Shown: positions 1 through 11,690 of the stretch, piece by piece | How the letters are laid out: each line of letters begins with the position of its first letter | Numbering within the stretch: position 1 is the stretch's first letter | Origin: Albugo candida | Lineage: Eukaryota | NCBI GenBank assembly: GCA_040437565.1 | Contig: JBDOQK010000023.1 | Coordinates: 434,001-465,181, forward strand | Length of the DNA stretch: 31,181 nucleotides | Direction of reading: 5' to 3' | Program-made: the position numbers and the translations under genes | The notes under the pieces: model-generated | Database searches by the model: none | The model's input: the letters and a program-made list of their open reading frames with translations, nothing else | What the model was told of the DNA's origin: nothing

Positions 1-849
1 TACGCCGTAATGTCAAAAATCCCTAAATGCAGATAAACAGCGCTGGCATCGCCAGATATTGTAGCTCAATCAAATCCCACATTAATACAGGACGTAATGT
101 GCTGCCGGTAAACGATTTTGTTCTAGCATTAGAGATATCGATCATAACACCGTGTTGCTTCTCCCATGTTAAAATTAAAACATAGTCAATTATTTTTTAA
201 AACGTGCAAACATCGAGGCATATTCAAGTATTCTGTCCTCCAGTTCGCTTTCACTACGTATTCTGCCACCAATTGCTGCAGAATTGCCTACCTGTCTATC
301 TCAGATAAAATCTCGAAGATGAGCATCATGCTCAATCTTCTCATCCAAGACAAGACGTGTCTCCATTGATCACTTCGAGACCTCGATTCTTATCTCATTG
401 TCCTTTACAGAAAAAGTGAGTGGCCAACACTATTTCTGGCACATGCTGCAAAGCTTCTAGCATTTGCCTATTAGATGGAGCAAAACATGAATAGAGGCTT
501 CCAGAAGCAGAACATTATTAGAGAGTGGGAGCTAAGATCTGTCATTCCAGTTTTTATCCAATGCATGATCAGCGTCTCTGCACTAATGCCAATACCTTGT
601 CGAAGTTCAATGTTATTTGCGCTTCCCATCAATCTCATCGGTTGTAGAAGATTAATCAACATACATCAATGCAATGAAAGGAGATAAGAATGAATGAGGG
701 CATATTTCTATGGGTACGTTTTGTCATGCCATATCTCGATTCTTATCACGTTACAAGCGTCTCCATACCAGATGCACTATAGAAAACGTTAATTAGTTTC
801 GTGACTTTCCGATAATTCTATAGACGAGCCAATTTTCCATTCCTCAACC

Positions 850-2810
850 TCGTTCGAAAAGGAGCTTCTACATCTTTATATTCAGGACAATGATAGTTAC
901 ATGAAAAAACTAGGAAGAATTGAGAAACCTCGAGATTCAACTGAATTATCAACATTGCTTTCCGCAAGTGTTCTAAGAGCTATCCGGGTCGACATTCGAA
1001 CCTAGTCGTACATATACTGCCGATAGTGGTTACGTAAGCACTTTTCATTTTTACCTGAGCTGGCTCGAGCTGGAATTGGCAAGGCTTTGCCCACGTCGAG
1101 CCTGCCAAGCCTGTCAGGTCCAGAGCGGAGCTGTGAATAGCATCTTCGTTGTGTTTTCGTTGACAAGCGTGAACCCTTTCATGGATTGCCTACAGAAGAG
1201 CGCACCAAATCACTGAATTAGCGAAGTGCACAAGCGTTTGCTTAAAGAAATACGCGATACCAGAAGAAACATAATCTCGTTCTTGATATGGTAGCCAAAC
1301 ACACATTCATCGCAAGAGCATCTTTGCTTGGTGTGCAAATCAGTGCACTGGCAGCAATCAGGACCATCGATTACAGATGCTTTTGTGTCTGTTTAGATGG
1401 TGAGCATAAAATGATCATACTCTATGATTTCTTGGGGGGCTAAAGAAGACTCGATACCTGGACAGACTTGGTCGTAAGTTTGGCTCGAGTACTTTATATG
1501 ATTTCAGTGTGCAAGCACCACGAAGACCGAAATAAAGTGGTGATCAAACGAAGTTCATCTATTGACACCTTCAAGCTTCCCCTCGGTGATAATTTTGAAT
1601 CAAAATTACGAAACCAGTCCCAAATAAAAGAATAGTCGAACATTCCGAGCTCAGCTGCCTGACGTATGTTCGCTACATCTACATCTACGATGCGGTGCTT
1701 GCACATCAATTTCTTCGAACAGCGCGATGATTCGGCCGGTCTCGAGGCTGCTGAGTTACTTTGCTCGACATCGTCAAAACTAAAATGGACTTGACCAGAC
1801 GAACTCGGACCTAATNNNNNNNNNNNNNNNNNNNNNNNNNNNNNNNNNNNNNNNNNNNNNNNNNNNNNNNNNNNNNNNNNNNNNNNNNNNNNNNNNNNNN
1901 NNNNNNNNNNNNNNNTATGTTCGCTACATCTACATCTACGATGCGGTGCTTGCACATCAATTTCTTCGAACAGCGCGATGATTCGGCCGGTCTCGAGGCT
2001 GCTGAGTTACTTTGCTCGACATCGTCAAAACTAAAATGGACTTGACCAGACGAACTCGGACCTAATGATTTTAGCACGAGAGCTCCCAGCCACTGTTTAT
2101 TTACAATTTAAGTGAAGTACCTTTCCGTCGGCCAAAGTATGAGATATAGATTTTTACGCTTTGACCGTTTACCTCTCGTGAGGCTTTCTGCTGAAGTTCA
2201 CCTATACAAGATTGCATGCGCAGCGCTTTCAGATATGAAAATTTCATTGAGAAAACTTGGACGAAACCGTCGAAATGAGGCTCGAATGCGCATCAAAACT
2301 GTATTATATTCCAGAAATCTCTATACAGCACGGAGAGATTATAATTTCGCGACAAAAGGCTCTTGGAAAATTCGAGAAATTTAAGAATTTGACATGCTAT
2401 ATTGTGATGTCGGGATCAAATGCGACATGCAGCACGAATAGTCAACAGTCAGACTTAAACGATTGCAAAAAGTTCCGTATCCAGTGCTACTTGTTAAATA
2501 TGTTTCTACGGCCACAAATTCTCTTCGATATCCGACGGTTCGGAAAGCAAGGCACGCTAAGGTTGCCTCAAATCCTAGAAAGAGTATTGCTCTGCGTATA
2601 TAATAGGTTTTGTGACACATCCAAAGAGCCATGTACCCTTAGTAGACGTCGTATATTGGACGCATATTTGTGTCCCGACAAGAAAAGCGCTCTTTTCTTC
2701 TGCATTATCGCGACTTGATGGAATAAATATACCGGACCTTTTCGTACTAGAAGTGAGGGAAAACGATACTCTTCACTCCGATTGAATTCGTGCTTCTCTA
2801 GGTTAACCAA
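850..2810 (-). CDS. Multi-exon gene, hypothetical protein (both ends approximate)
   Basis: Frame-consistent GT-AG introns on the minus strand at 1260-1190 (GCTAAT branch-like) and 1054-1002 join exons 1388-1261 (TKASVIDGPDCCQC...IMFLL), 1189-1055 (AIHERVH...LEPAQ, 45 codons) and one starting at 1001 (VRMSTRIAL...). An upstream exon LGPSSSGQ...LSPRGSLK spans the duplicated gap. No family recognised. Confidence 0.5.
1665..2066. repeat. 151-bp direct duplication flanking a 100-N gap (probable unmerged contig overlap)
   Basis: 1665-1815 is identical to 1916-2066, separated by N at 1816-1915. Confidence 0.9.
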
Positions 2811-3061
2811 TTATGATCATCCTACGTACCAAGCTCAGTTCGAATCGTGTTTTACTCTCGTCTTGTGGTCATTACATTCATTTGATACTATCAAAATAAA
2901 ATTCTTCTTCAGTTACCGCGGAAGCAAATCCTAGCTCTGTATCATACGAAACGCTCGACTTTCCTGTAAATACTTGTGGTGCATATATTTCCGTTTGCTG
3001 CATGAGCGAATCAGCCAGAATGCACACTGTGCATATATTTAGCTACCAATAAAACACATTA

Positions 3062-3963
3062 ATGTACCACTCGGATGTGTGGCGCCCCTTGATAACCAGG
3101 TGCAGCAATCAGATGGTTCAACCCTTGAAAATGTCGAGTGTGATGAGAGGAACGGAGAAAGCTGGATGTCTTCATTATGAAATACCTACAAAGACATCAA
3201 AAGCTAGAGAAAGGAAAGATGCTAAGCGGTCGAATGATAAGACTCGATTCCGTAACGGATACACGAAAGTAGAACACAATCACGGGCAGCAGACATGCAA
3301 AACAAAGTCTGACACTACAAATGTAATTCTCAGAAAGTGGAATGACACTTGGGATTGATGTGTTACAGCGTTTATTTAGGAGTACACGAAAGAAATAATC
3401 ATGCGTGCAGTGACAGATGCAATGGAAACTGTTTTGGAAAGAAGCGACGTTGTGGATTTAAACACCGAAAAAATGGATACTTCAGAAGTGGAACCATGCA
3501 GCTCCGCAACAACGGTAACGGAAAACGTACGTAGGAAGAAATGAGGCTTGATGTTTCTCAGTTTCGTTGTAGTGATGAGTTTAGAAGCAAAATATACAAG
3601 ACGAATGATTCCATACGGCAAGAAGAAAAAGTGAATAGAGATCGGCTCAAGCAATTAGTGCATGAATGTAACAATTCCAAAGAAGAAATCCATCCCACAT
3701 TATTGAAACTTTCTCATGGACAGTACATCAAACGGAAGTTCGCCATTAAAAAATTACAGCAGCGAGTTCAGTGCGAGCAGCAATTTTTAAGCAATATGGC
3801 GGTCACACTCCGCAAAAGGGTAACTCACATTACTAAAGAACTGGGTCTTCTCTCATTTAGCTGTACATTACAGGAAATATTACTGGATAGAGCCTTTTCA
3901 GAATCTGATCCGAATGGATTCACTGGTTCACTGTGGAATAATCCATCATTTAACGTGTGTTGA
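3062..3963 (+). CDS. Spliced coiled-coil protein, possibly Sds3-like
   Basis: Phase-0 introns at 3323-3379 (GTAATT...TTTAG) and 3527-3561 (alternative donor 3515) join the 3062 frame, exon EYTKEIIMRAV...TVTEN and the 3541 frame. RLKQLVHECNNSKEEIHPTLLK..KRKFAI resembles the Sds3-like L..L..E....KE..HP.L pattern (from memory). Start may be 3131; a further intron at ~3820-3873 is possible. Confidence 0.55.
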
Positions 3964-4568
3964 CCTGCAGCCATCGTATTCCACGGAGTCCGTTGCCTGC
4001 TGCCACATTATTTTCCAACCCGTTTATGATATAGCTACCCGACACTAATTGTAGACTGCTAAGATTTTAATAGCGTCTATTTGCCATCCACTTACTTGTG
4101 CTAGATTCTCCATGCTGATGAACGGTCACAACGGGCTGTTTGCTGCAATCATTGTCTTCATCGTGGATGCTCAAACTGGGAGGCGCTGTTTCACTGATTT
4201 GAATGCTCTCACTCCTTCTATAAACGATTGTTGATCGTGACAGAGAAAAGCTAAATCAAATCGATTAGCACAGCTGTGACGATCAAGTGGCGCGCTAGAT
4301 AATACCGCATTTCCGACTTAGGTACTTCAGTTTCTATTATCCCTTCATCTTCATACTGTAATGAGTAGGTTTCATTCTGATCAGTACCAACAATGACTGC
4401 CGGAAACCAAACGTTATCGATGGAACGCTCTACATGCAGTCCTACATGCCATATTTGCAATGATTCTTCTCCGTCTTCGACCCTGTAATTTCGATTCAGA
4501 TCGTTTGAATTGTCGGTGTTCGTTTCACGCAATCCTTGCTCGCGTTGTGCCATTTGTTTTTCGCACAT
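3950..4568 (-). CDS. 3-exon gene encoding a small Tudor-like domain protein
   Basis: Exons 4568(or 4553)-4306, 4250-4096 and 4044-3950; introns 4305-4251 (GTATTA..GCTAAT..TTAG) and 4095-4045 (GTAAGT..TTAG); phases are consistent. WHVGLHVERSIDNVWFPAVIVGTDQNETYSLQYEDEGIIETEVPKSEMR fits the Tudor fold pattern. The protein ends SGSYIINGLENNVAAGNGLRGIRWLQVNTR*. Confidence 0.8.
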
Positions 4569-4964
4569 CTCAGCTTTATTGGGCGTCGCTCAGTGGTCAC
4601 GACTAAAATATCCGCTCTATCAATGTAATGGAAGCATTTTTGGCGTTGGTCATTTTCGTCGTGTCCAAAAGCATCTGCTAATTCAATGTAGCAAAAAATT
4701 CCAAGCCGCACTCAGTTGAAGTAATCTGACAGATAAAATTAAGTATGTATGTTTTGGAGCCACCTAAGCGCGGAAGAGACATCACGCGCTTATGGATCCA
4801 GCATAAAGCGCATTACTCAGTCACTTACTTCTACGATATAACCGCGCACTTGTGAAGCAGCGAACTAAGAATGATAAGTTTCAGCCTAATTCTATATTGA
4901 ATCAATCAGGTTTTACGATAATCTGCCACTTAATGAAAGAAGACTAGCATGCAAAACTTCACTT

Positions 4965-7165
4965 CTATCCCACTCGTTGCCCTTTCCATAGTTGATCTGA
5001 AGTCAAGTTTGTAGAATGCAGAAAATCAAATTCTCGTGTATCAATTGTGGTACTTGCGTTGGATTTTATCCTCGCGTGAAACAGTCCAGATATAAAGTGC
5101 TTCATGCGTTGCGTTTTAAGTGGAGGCAACATTGTCAATGATGTTAAATAGTCTTTTGTTATGCTTGGGATGCTTGGTCCCTTCAAACATCGTACGAACA
5201 ATTAACTTTGCGCGGAATTGTACCATGTTTTGAATCTCGTGGATGCATGTTGATGGAATTAATAATTCGAAAAGTAATCTGAGCAGGACGATCGCGTCCA
5301 AAAGCTTGTGATCTATGGTATACTATCTTCCGGCGGCTATTGGAAAAAGTGTATTTTCTAATTGCTGAGGAGAATACTAGATTTGAGTGCATTTAGATAT
5401 GTAAGTAAGCAAGGTATATTTATCGTTTCAATTTATAAATTCCATGCGCAGACCGGCTTATTGCAATCTTTTGTGACCCCCCTTGAATTTAAGCAACAGA
5501 TCTGTCAAACAAAATGACAAAGCGATAGCTCCAGGTTTAGAAATTGCATCCAGAACAGGAACTTGTTCATATGGTACCGTCAAATCCTTCATCTTAAATA
5601 TCATTTAGGTCAGAGAATTCATCGAGTCACTATCCGGCTGGACAACGTTTTCGCTTCAAATTTGCATCATTTGGTGCGTTTAATTGGCTATGCTTAACTC
5701 ATCCCCCTAATGGCGAGAATAATAGCGACTACTGAATTAATCATCAACTAAGACCTTTCTTAAATCTTCTCAAATTGATCTTATAATGATGTCTACCTAG
5801 CGAAACACGTCATTTGTAGTTTTTTCTCTACTCCCTTAAAACGATTTCACACCCCTTGCCAGTATATCCAGTAGCGATGCTCATTTCACAATTATAATTG
5901 TTCAATCTTTTGATGCGGCCGACCACCGAGCTAGTCATTTGTTCCCCTAGCATTCTATGAATTTACTGAGAATGCACATATAAAAGTCGGCGAGTACAGT
6001 TTTCATTGCTTCTATTAAGTTGTGCTGATAGACGAACGGTGATTTGAGATCATGCAAACCTCCTGACTGTTTGCTTGGGATGTATTTTTCTTGAGCAACT
6101 GAATTTCGACTCAAGGAAGATGTTACATTTTTGGCGCGATGTATTCCGCACATTGGTTACAAACTTCTATTAAAGCGGAAGGAATGTTAGAGAAAGTAGT
6201 GTTGTGGTCAAGTTCCCAGCTTGATACTATCTCAACTGGGAATTGTCTCGATCATTTACGCAAAAGATGACGGAACCCAATTCTCACTAACCGGTTATTT
6301 GAATTCCAGGCCATCATTATCGTTTACTGCTAAACAATTTAATATTTTCATTGTTACGCTTTGAGGTGGGCGTAAAGTGTTGGTCATAAAAGGTAAATGG
6401 CGAAAGGTTTTCTGCGAAAATATCGAGGAGCTTTATGTCAACCATTGATTTTACCGGGATTAGTTTCAATTCTTCACCCCGCAATCCAAAATTTTGCAAA
6501 GAAGCTGATCGCTTGTCCACTTCAGCGTGACTGCTAAGGTCACGTGGAAGAACATCTCAGCATTTAGGTGCACGTCAGTAAAATTTATAAAAATGGTCAA
6601 TGTTCAATCGAAACACTGGGTTAGTTGTATAGAAAAGTCAGGTTTCATGATTTAATCAACTGGAATCATCGTTGTGTTTACAGAAATCAATGATACGCTA
6701 CAAAATGTTTGTCAATGACACTGAAAGTACTTTTTACGTTCCGCAGTAGGGGCAGTGTGATGACCATCATTCTTTTGGACCCAGCTGCCACACCAGAAAA
6801 TGAGATTACCAGACAAAGTATTCGAAATTGTTATCTGATTATGCGTCCTCTCATTTTTGATACAATAGTGCAAATAAGAATGTTGATGCACCGGTGAAGT
6901 CGGATAAAAAAGTGCTTTTCTTTGAGCTATTGCTCTCCAAAACCTTCGAATCGGGCGCAGCACATCTCTTCTTTGGTGGTTTCAGCACACCCTCAATATA
7001 GCTGTCGATGCTTGGAGTGGAACAATTCGACACGAATAAAGTCGATTAGCGTGCTTGGAATTTCTTCCGCACTTGGGTGTGGTAGACGCTTGTCAAATTT
7101 ATTATCCGATAGACTAAGTATTTATAGGAACATTACCGCGCAAGAATCGACTTGATTACATCCAT
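4965..7165 (-). CDS. Probable multi-exon gene(s), hypothetical protein; structure unresolved
   Basis: Several short minus-strand open frames bounded by splice-like sites, e.g. IDHKLLDAIVLLRLLFELL..IQNM|GTACAA..GAAG|GPSIPSITKDYL.. and MKDLTVPYEQVPVLDAISKPGAIALSF. Possible start MDVIKSILAR at 7165. Confidence 0.35.
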
Positions 7166-7269
7166 GTCGGAGGGTCTATTAATTATGGCATGCTTAGACT
7201 GAATATATCCTTCCAAGATATGCAGGAGATCATCTAGCAAAAAAAATAACTTTTGCAAATGCAACTCAA

Positions 7270-9480
7270 TCCACGGGGCTAGGATACTGGAAATGTTCCT
7301 TACGATTATTTGAGCATACTTAAGTTGTCGAAAAAATGAAATTGAAAGCGGATATGGTCCTCGAACAGGTGCGGATAACTTCGAATCCCGACGTTGGAAG
7401 ACGAAAGTGAAGAAACTGCTTCAAGAAATTGAAAAGGTTGCACAAGATAGCCGACGTGATGTTGCACCTAGCCATCGTATTTTGGAAGCCGCAGCAGCTC
7501 GATGTCGGACTTAAGAAACCAGTATATCTTCATGATCATGGATGGGGTATTGTTAACATATAATGTTATAAAAGCAGTTGCGTCATTTTTACGTTTCGAG
7601 TGTCGAACAATTCGGAATTTCGTTTGAAAAGCATGTCAAACACAGCCAAGATGGTCATCACGTGAAGCATATGAAAACTCCTCCATGCGTTCTTTTCACT
7701 CTTCGAACAGTTCTTGTCGTCGCGTGCCGATCGAAATATCACCAAAAATAAGTGGCACCGTGACATCGAACCAGAGGAAAATTATTGACTAAGTTAGGGA
7801 TCATTGAGGTGGTGCGATGAGATTTCTCTATAGCTCCTTGACCGACTCAGCTGATCCATGCGAGAATAATAAAAAAAAGCTACTGGCTCTATTCAAGCTT
7901 CCCTTGCGTCAGAAGAGCAAGACAGTCTCTCAACTCACTTAAGCACGACCGAGATGGCGGAAGCGATCAAGAACATGCGGAGTGGTTCTTCTCCAGGTAT
8001 GGATGGACTAACACGTGCATTTTATCAGCCTGATCCGGAAAAGTTTGTGGTGAGTGTCTGAAGGTCGTGTTCGGATATCAGCTGGATAAGGTCACTCGAC
8101 AATCGCCTTGTTGTACAAAAAGGATCACGCGTTGAACGTCGCAACTATCGACCGATCGCACTGCTATGCGTTTCAAAAGTGCCGGCACATCGATTCCAAC
8201 GTTTTCTTTTGCCAAAATCGACTTATCAAGATCAAAATGCATTTGTGCGAGGAAGGTCGATGCATCATCACATTCGACATCTCACCGACATAAAAAGCTT
8301 ATTGACTCATCGTGGGGAGGAAGCGTATGCGACTTTTCTCGACTTCGAGAAAGCTTATGGACGAGTCAAATGGACGTACATGTTTCGCGTTTTGGAAAAA
8401 AGGGCGTGGAAAAAGTTTATCGATTGGGTGCGTCTTTTGTACACCAACACGAAGGCGCAGCTGATTATTATGGAAATATCACACCGTCCATTACACCACA
8501 ACGTGGAGTGATAAAACGTGATCCTCTCTCAGCTTTACTATTTCTGATAACTATCAAACCTTCGGGAGATTTACCTTGACAACATGAAGAACATGGCACT
8601 TGTATTAATGGCATGACTGTCGCTACTGGATTATTTTTTGCGAGCGATTCGACATTGCTGTCAGAGACACCACATGGTGTATTGACGAAACTCGAACACG
8701 TTCAAGTCTATTGCGATGGATCTGGTGCAAAACGCAGCTTGAGAAAATCACCTTTGCTCTCGTTGAATCGACCACGCCGTGTCCGGAGGATTCGGTCAAG
8801 TATTTGGGTATTCCGTTCGGACAGACACCGACTCATTCAATGGTTATTCAAACTCTCGATACGAGTTTTTATAATGGGTTTGGCTCATGATTTCGACGTG
8901 CACGAACGGTCCGTGGTCGACTACTGGTTGCGCAGACATGAATTTTTTTATCAAGACGTCTGATGCATTACACTATACGCTTCAACATCCCAGTGGAGAC
9001 TATCGACTTTGGCAATCGATTATTAATCGTTTTGTGCTTGGTCGGATAAACAAGAAACTCTAATTCACGTTCACCTGATGAACAAAAAGTTCATATCTCG
9101 GTCGAAGGTTGGTGGACAGCAAATTTCTTCTTGGTGGGACTATTGAAGATACAGCGCATTCTATTCCGCCAGAAGGTCGCATCTTATGGATCGACATTTA
9201 TTCCTGCGAATTGGATAACTGCTATGACAAATTATTACGTAAAATCTAATCTTCCTTTTAACCACATGAATGGACATATATACCATCCTACAACATCGAC
9301 ATGGGAAAATGATAAATCACACACATCTCCTTGGTGAAATCTTTTTCAAGTGCGGCATGAGTTGGATCGAAGCAGTTGGAGAACCAGATAAACAGTGTAA
9401 TGAAATTCTTGACAAAGTACAGAGTTAAGTGCTCTCTAACGCCGTGTACTTCGTTGAACATTGATGTGGTTTCACTGCGA
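7270..9480 (+). mobile_element. Degenerate non-LTR retrotransposon (LINE, L1/Tx1-like) ORF2 remnant
   Basis: Motifs in order across frameshifts: GYWK (7282), EMAEAIKNMRSGSSPGMDGLTRAFYQ (~7950-8030), LLYKKG..NYRPIALL, QNAFVRGRS, ATFLDFEKAY, GV..DPLSALLF, FFASDSTL (decayed FADD, ~8634), VKYLGIPFG (~8800). Confidence 0.9.
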
Positions 9481-9485
9481 TTAAG

Positions 9486-11690
9486 TGTTACATTATGAAG
9501 CTAGTACTCGTAGTCCGAGTACGAAAAACGTGGTACAACCTTGGCATGATAAACAAATTGTTGAGCACAGAAGAGATCTACATTATCTGACAAAACAGAG
9601 GAGGTAATTGAATCTAGGCAAAAGCAGGACTTAGAGTAGTAGCACACGAATTAACCGCCGAAATTCACGTACTTCCAAAGAAACCCGCTCATGTTTACTA
9701 CTACAGGTGATGAGCCCAATCTCTAGAAGATTGTCCATTGAGATTTTGAATCAGGACAATTACTTCACATGGGATTCAATACCCATGAAGCCTATGAAGA
9801 ACTGATCATTGGACCACATCGACAGGGTCGAAGCTCAAAAAAAAGAAAACGTCGAGCTACGGAAAGAAAACGATTTCAAGGCATTTTCAATCTTCGCGTT
9901 CCTTATCAGCCCAAACCTTCAGTCAATGGTGCGAGGCTCAGTTACAATAGCCAAAGTGTGGGAATTGCTATAGAATGTTTCATTTGTATTAACGTTCACA
10001 AGCGGATAGAAATCGCCTGAAGCTCCATGCCAACATTGCCAAAAGATGCCGAAGTGATGGAACATTTATTCAAATTTGACGAAATGTGCATGAAAATCTA
10101 AGACTCTGGCGAGTTCATTCGATTTGAATGACCAACTTATAATATCATACGGGAGCCATTCGGAAGATTACGACAATAATCACATCAGCGAGCTCAGCAG
10201 TATAAGACATACGATATCATTTAAAAGTAGGTGCAAAAGAAATTATATTTCGAGATTACGAAGGAATGATTCGAAAAGAAAAAATGATATTGCATTAAAC
10301 AGACAAAGGAGATGGGAAGTTCTGTGCGGAAAATTGAAATCAGATAAAACATCTCGGTGCTCGAAAACAAAATCGAATTATATGTTCGATGGGCGTAAAC
10401 CAAATCAGAAAGCTTTTGCAATTGAGAAAAATGGTCTACTTGTAAAAAATATGGGGATAAGAAAGTCGATTGTAGGAAGGATACCATTATCTACAAAGAA
10501 GGGAATGCTTTTACCTCTTACATTGCTTCAAATGTTGGTTCGATGATTGGCAGCGCGCTGGAAGCCATATGTGTCCCTTTCATCAAAAGTGACGAAGATT
10601 CGCTTTTTGGACAAGCCGATACTCATGTCGGTAGCTAATGGAGTTCAAATAGAAGCAAATAAAGTCGGAATTGTCCATGTAAAGTTAGAAAATTAACACC
10701 GATACGAATTGTGGAAGTATTATATATATCTCAACTGGCTATAATATTATCATCAATCACAGCATCGGCAGAAGAGGGACTTGATGCTACATTAGTGGAA
10801 CAATTTGCAGATTCGAAAATAAAGAAGAAAAGCTTCAAAAACAAAAAAGTTATTCATCCTTCATTGTAAGCGTGTGGGAGATGCAAACATTGTAGGAAAT
10901 ATAAAAGAAGTAGTAAGACAGAAAGCACTGATATATAGCACGCTCGACTTGGTCTATACAACCGGGAAACCGAATAATGTAGAAAATTGTCGCGATGGAC
11001 CGGTCTTACAGCAAGTGGCGAAGATTACTGATGAAGAAAACACATGTTAAGGATGTGCGTTTGCATCACTTAGGGCCTACCAAAAGACAAAAAATGGAAC
11101 CGTATCCAGACGCAATCGCTGTTTGAAATGATGTAAAGCGACGTCATGAGACGCACGCGCACAATTTCTCAACATGGTTACTTCCATTAATGACCATTCC
11201 ATATATGTGATAGACTACATTATGAGGAAATGTAATTTCAGACCACCAAATATTTTCTTCAAAATTTAAGTCTTTGAATAAGAATCTATTATAAAGAAAG
11301 ATCAAGTGCATTCGTACGGACAGTAGGGTTGAATACATCAATCAATCAATTAAACAGTATACAAAGGCTGGAAGACGGCATAACACGACTTTTCTGTTTT
11401 TCTATTGGAAGAAGGTCTTGCAGAGAGATTGAACAGTGCAATTCAGAACGGGAAAGACGATGATACACCTCATGCATGTCGAACAATAAAGGTGTGCCGA
11501 ACCTATAAATACTGCAGAATATATCAAAAATCGCTTCTCCTGCGCTGCACGTCCAGAAAATTACCGTTGTAGATGTGCGACTGTATTTTACAGGAATGCA
11601 AGTGCTTGGTGCGATAGACTACGCTCATGTTGTAAATTCTAAACGCAAAAGCCATAGACAAAGTCATTTCGTTATGTATTTGTGGGTACT
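9486..11690 (+). mobile_element. Degenerate Ty1/copia element 1 (5' LTR, PBS, gag-protease-integrase; interrupted after integrase)
   Basis: Candidate LTR TGTTA...CTACA at 9486-9705, then PBS-like GGTGATGAGCCC. Decayed gag (LNQDNYFTW..LDHID), zinc knuckle (CKKYGDKKVDC), protease (GSHMCP), HARLG, KIKCIRTD, GLAERLN, NTAEYIKNR, FVGYS. Many stops and frameshifts. Confidence 0.85.
9706..9717 (+). promoter_or_regulatory. Copia primer-binding site (half-tRNA-iMet type, one mismatch)
   Basis: GGTGATGAGCCC directly after an ACA LTR end; compare GGTTATGAGCCC at 29909. Confidence 0.7.
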
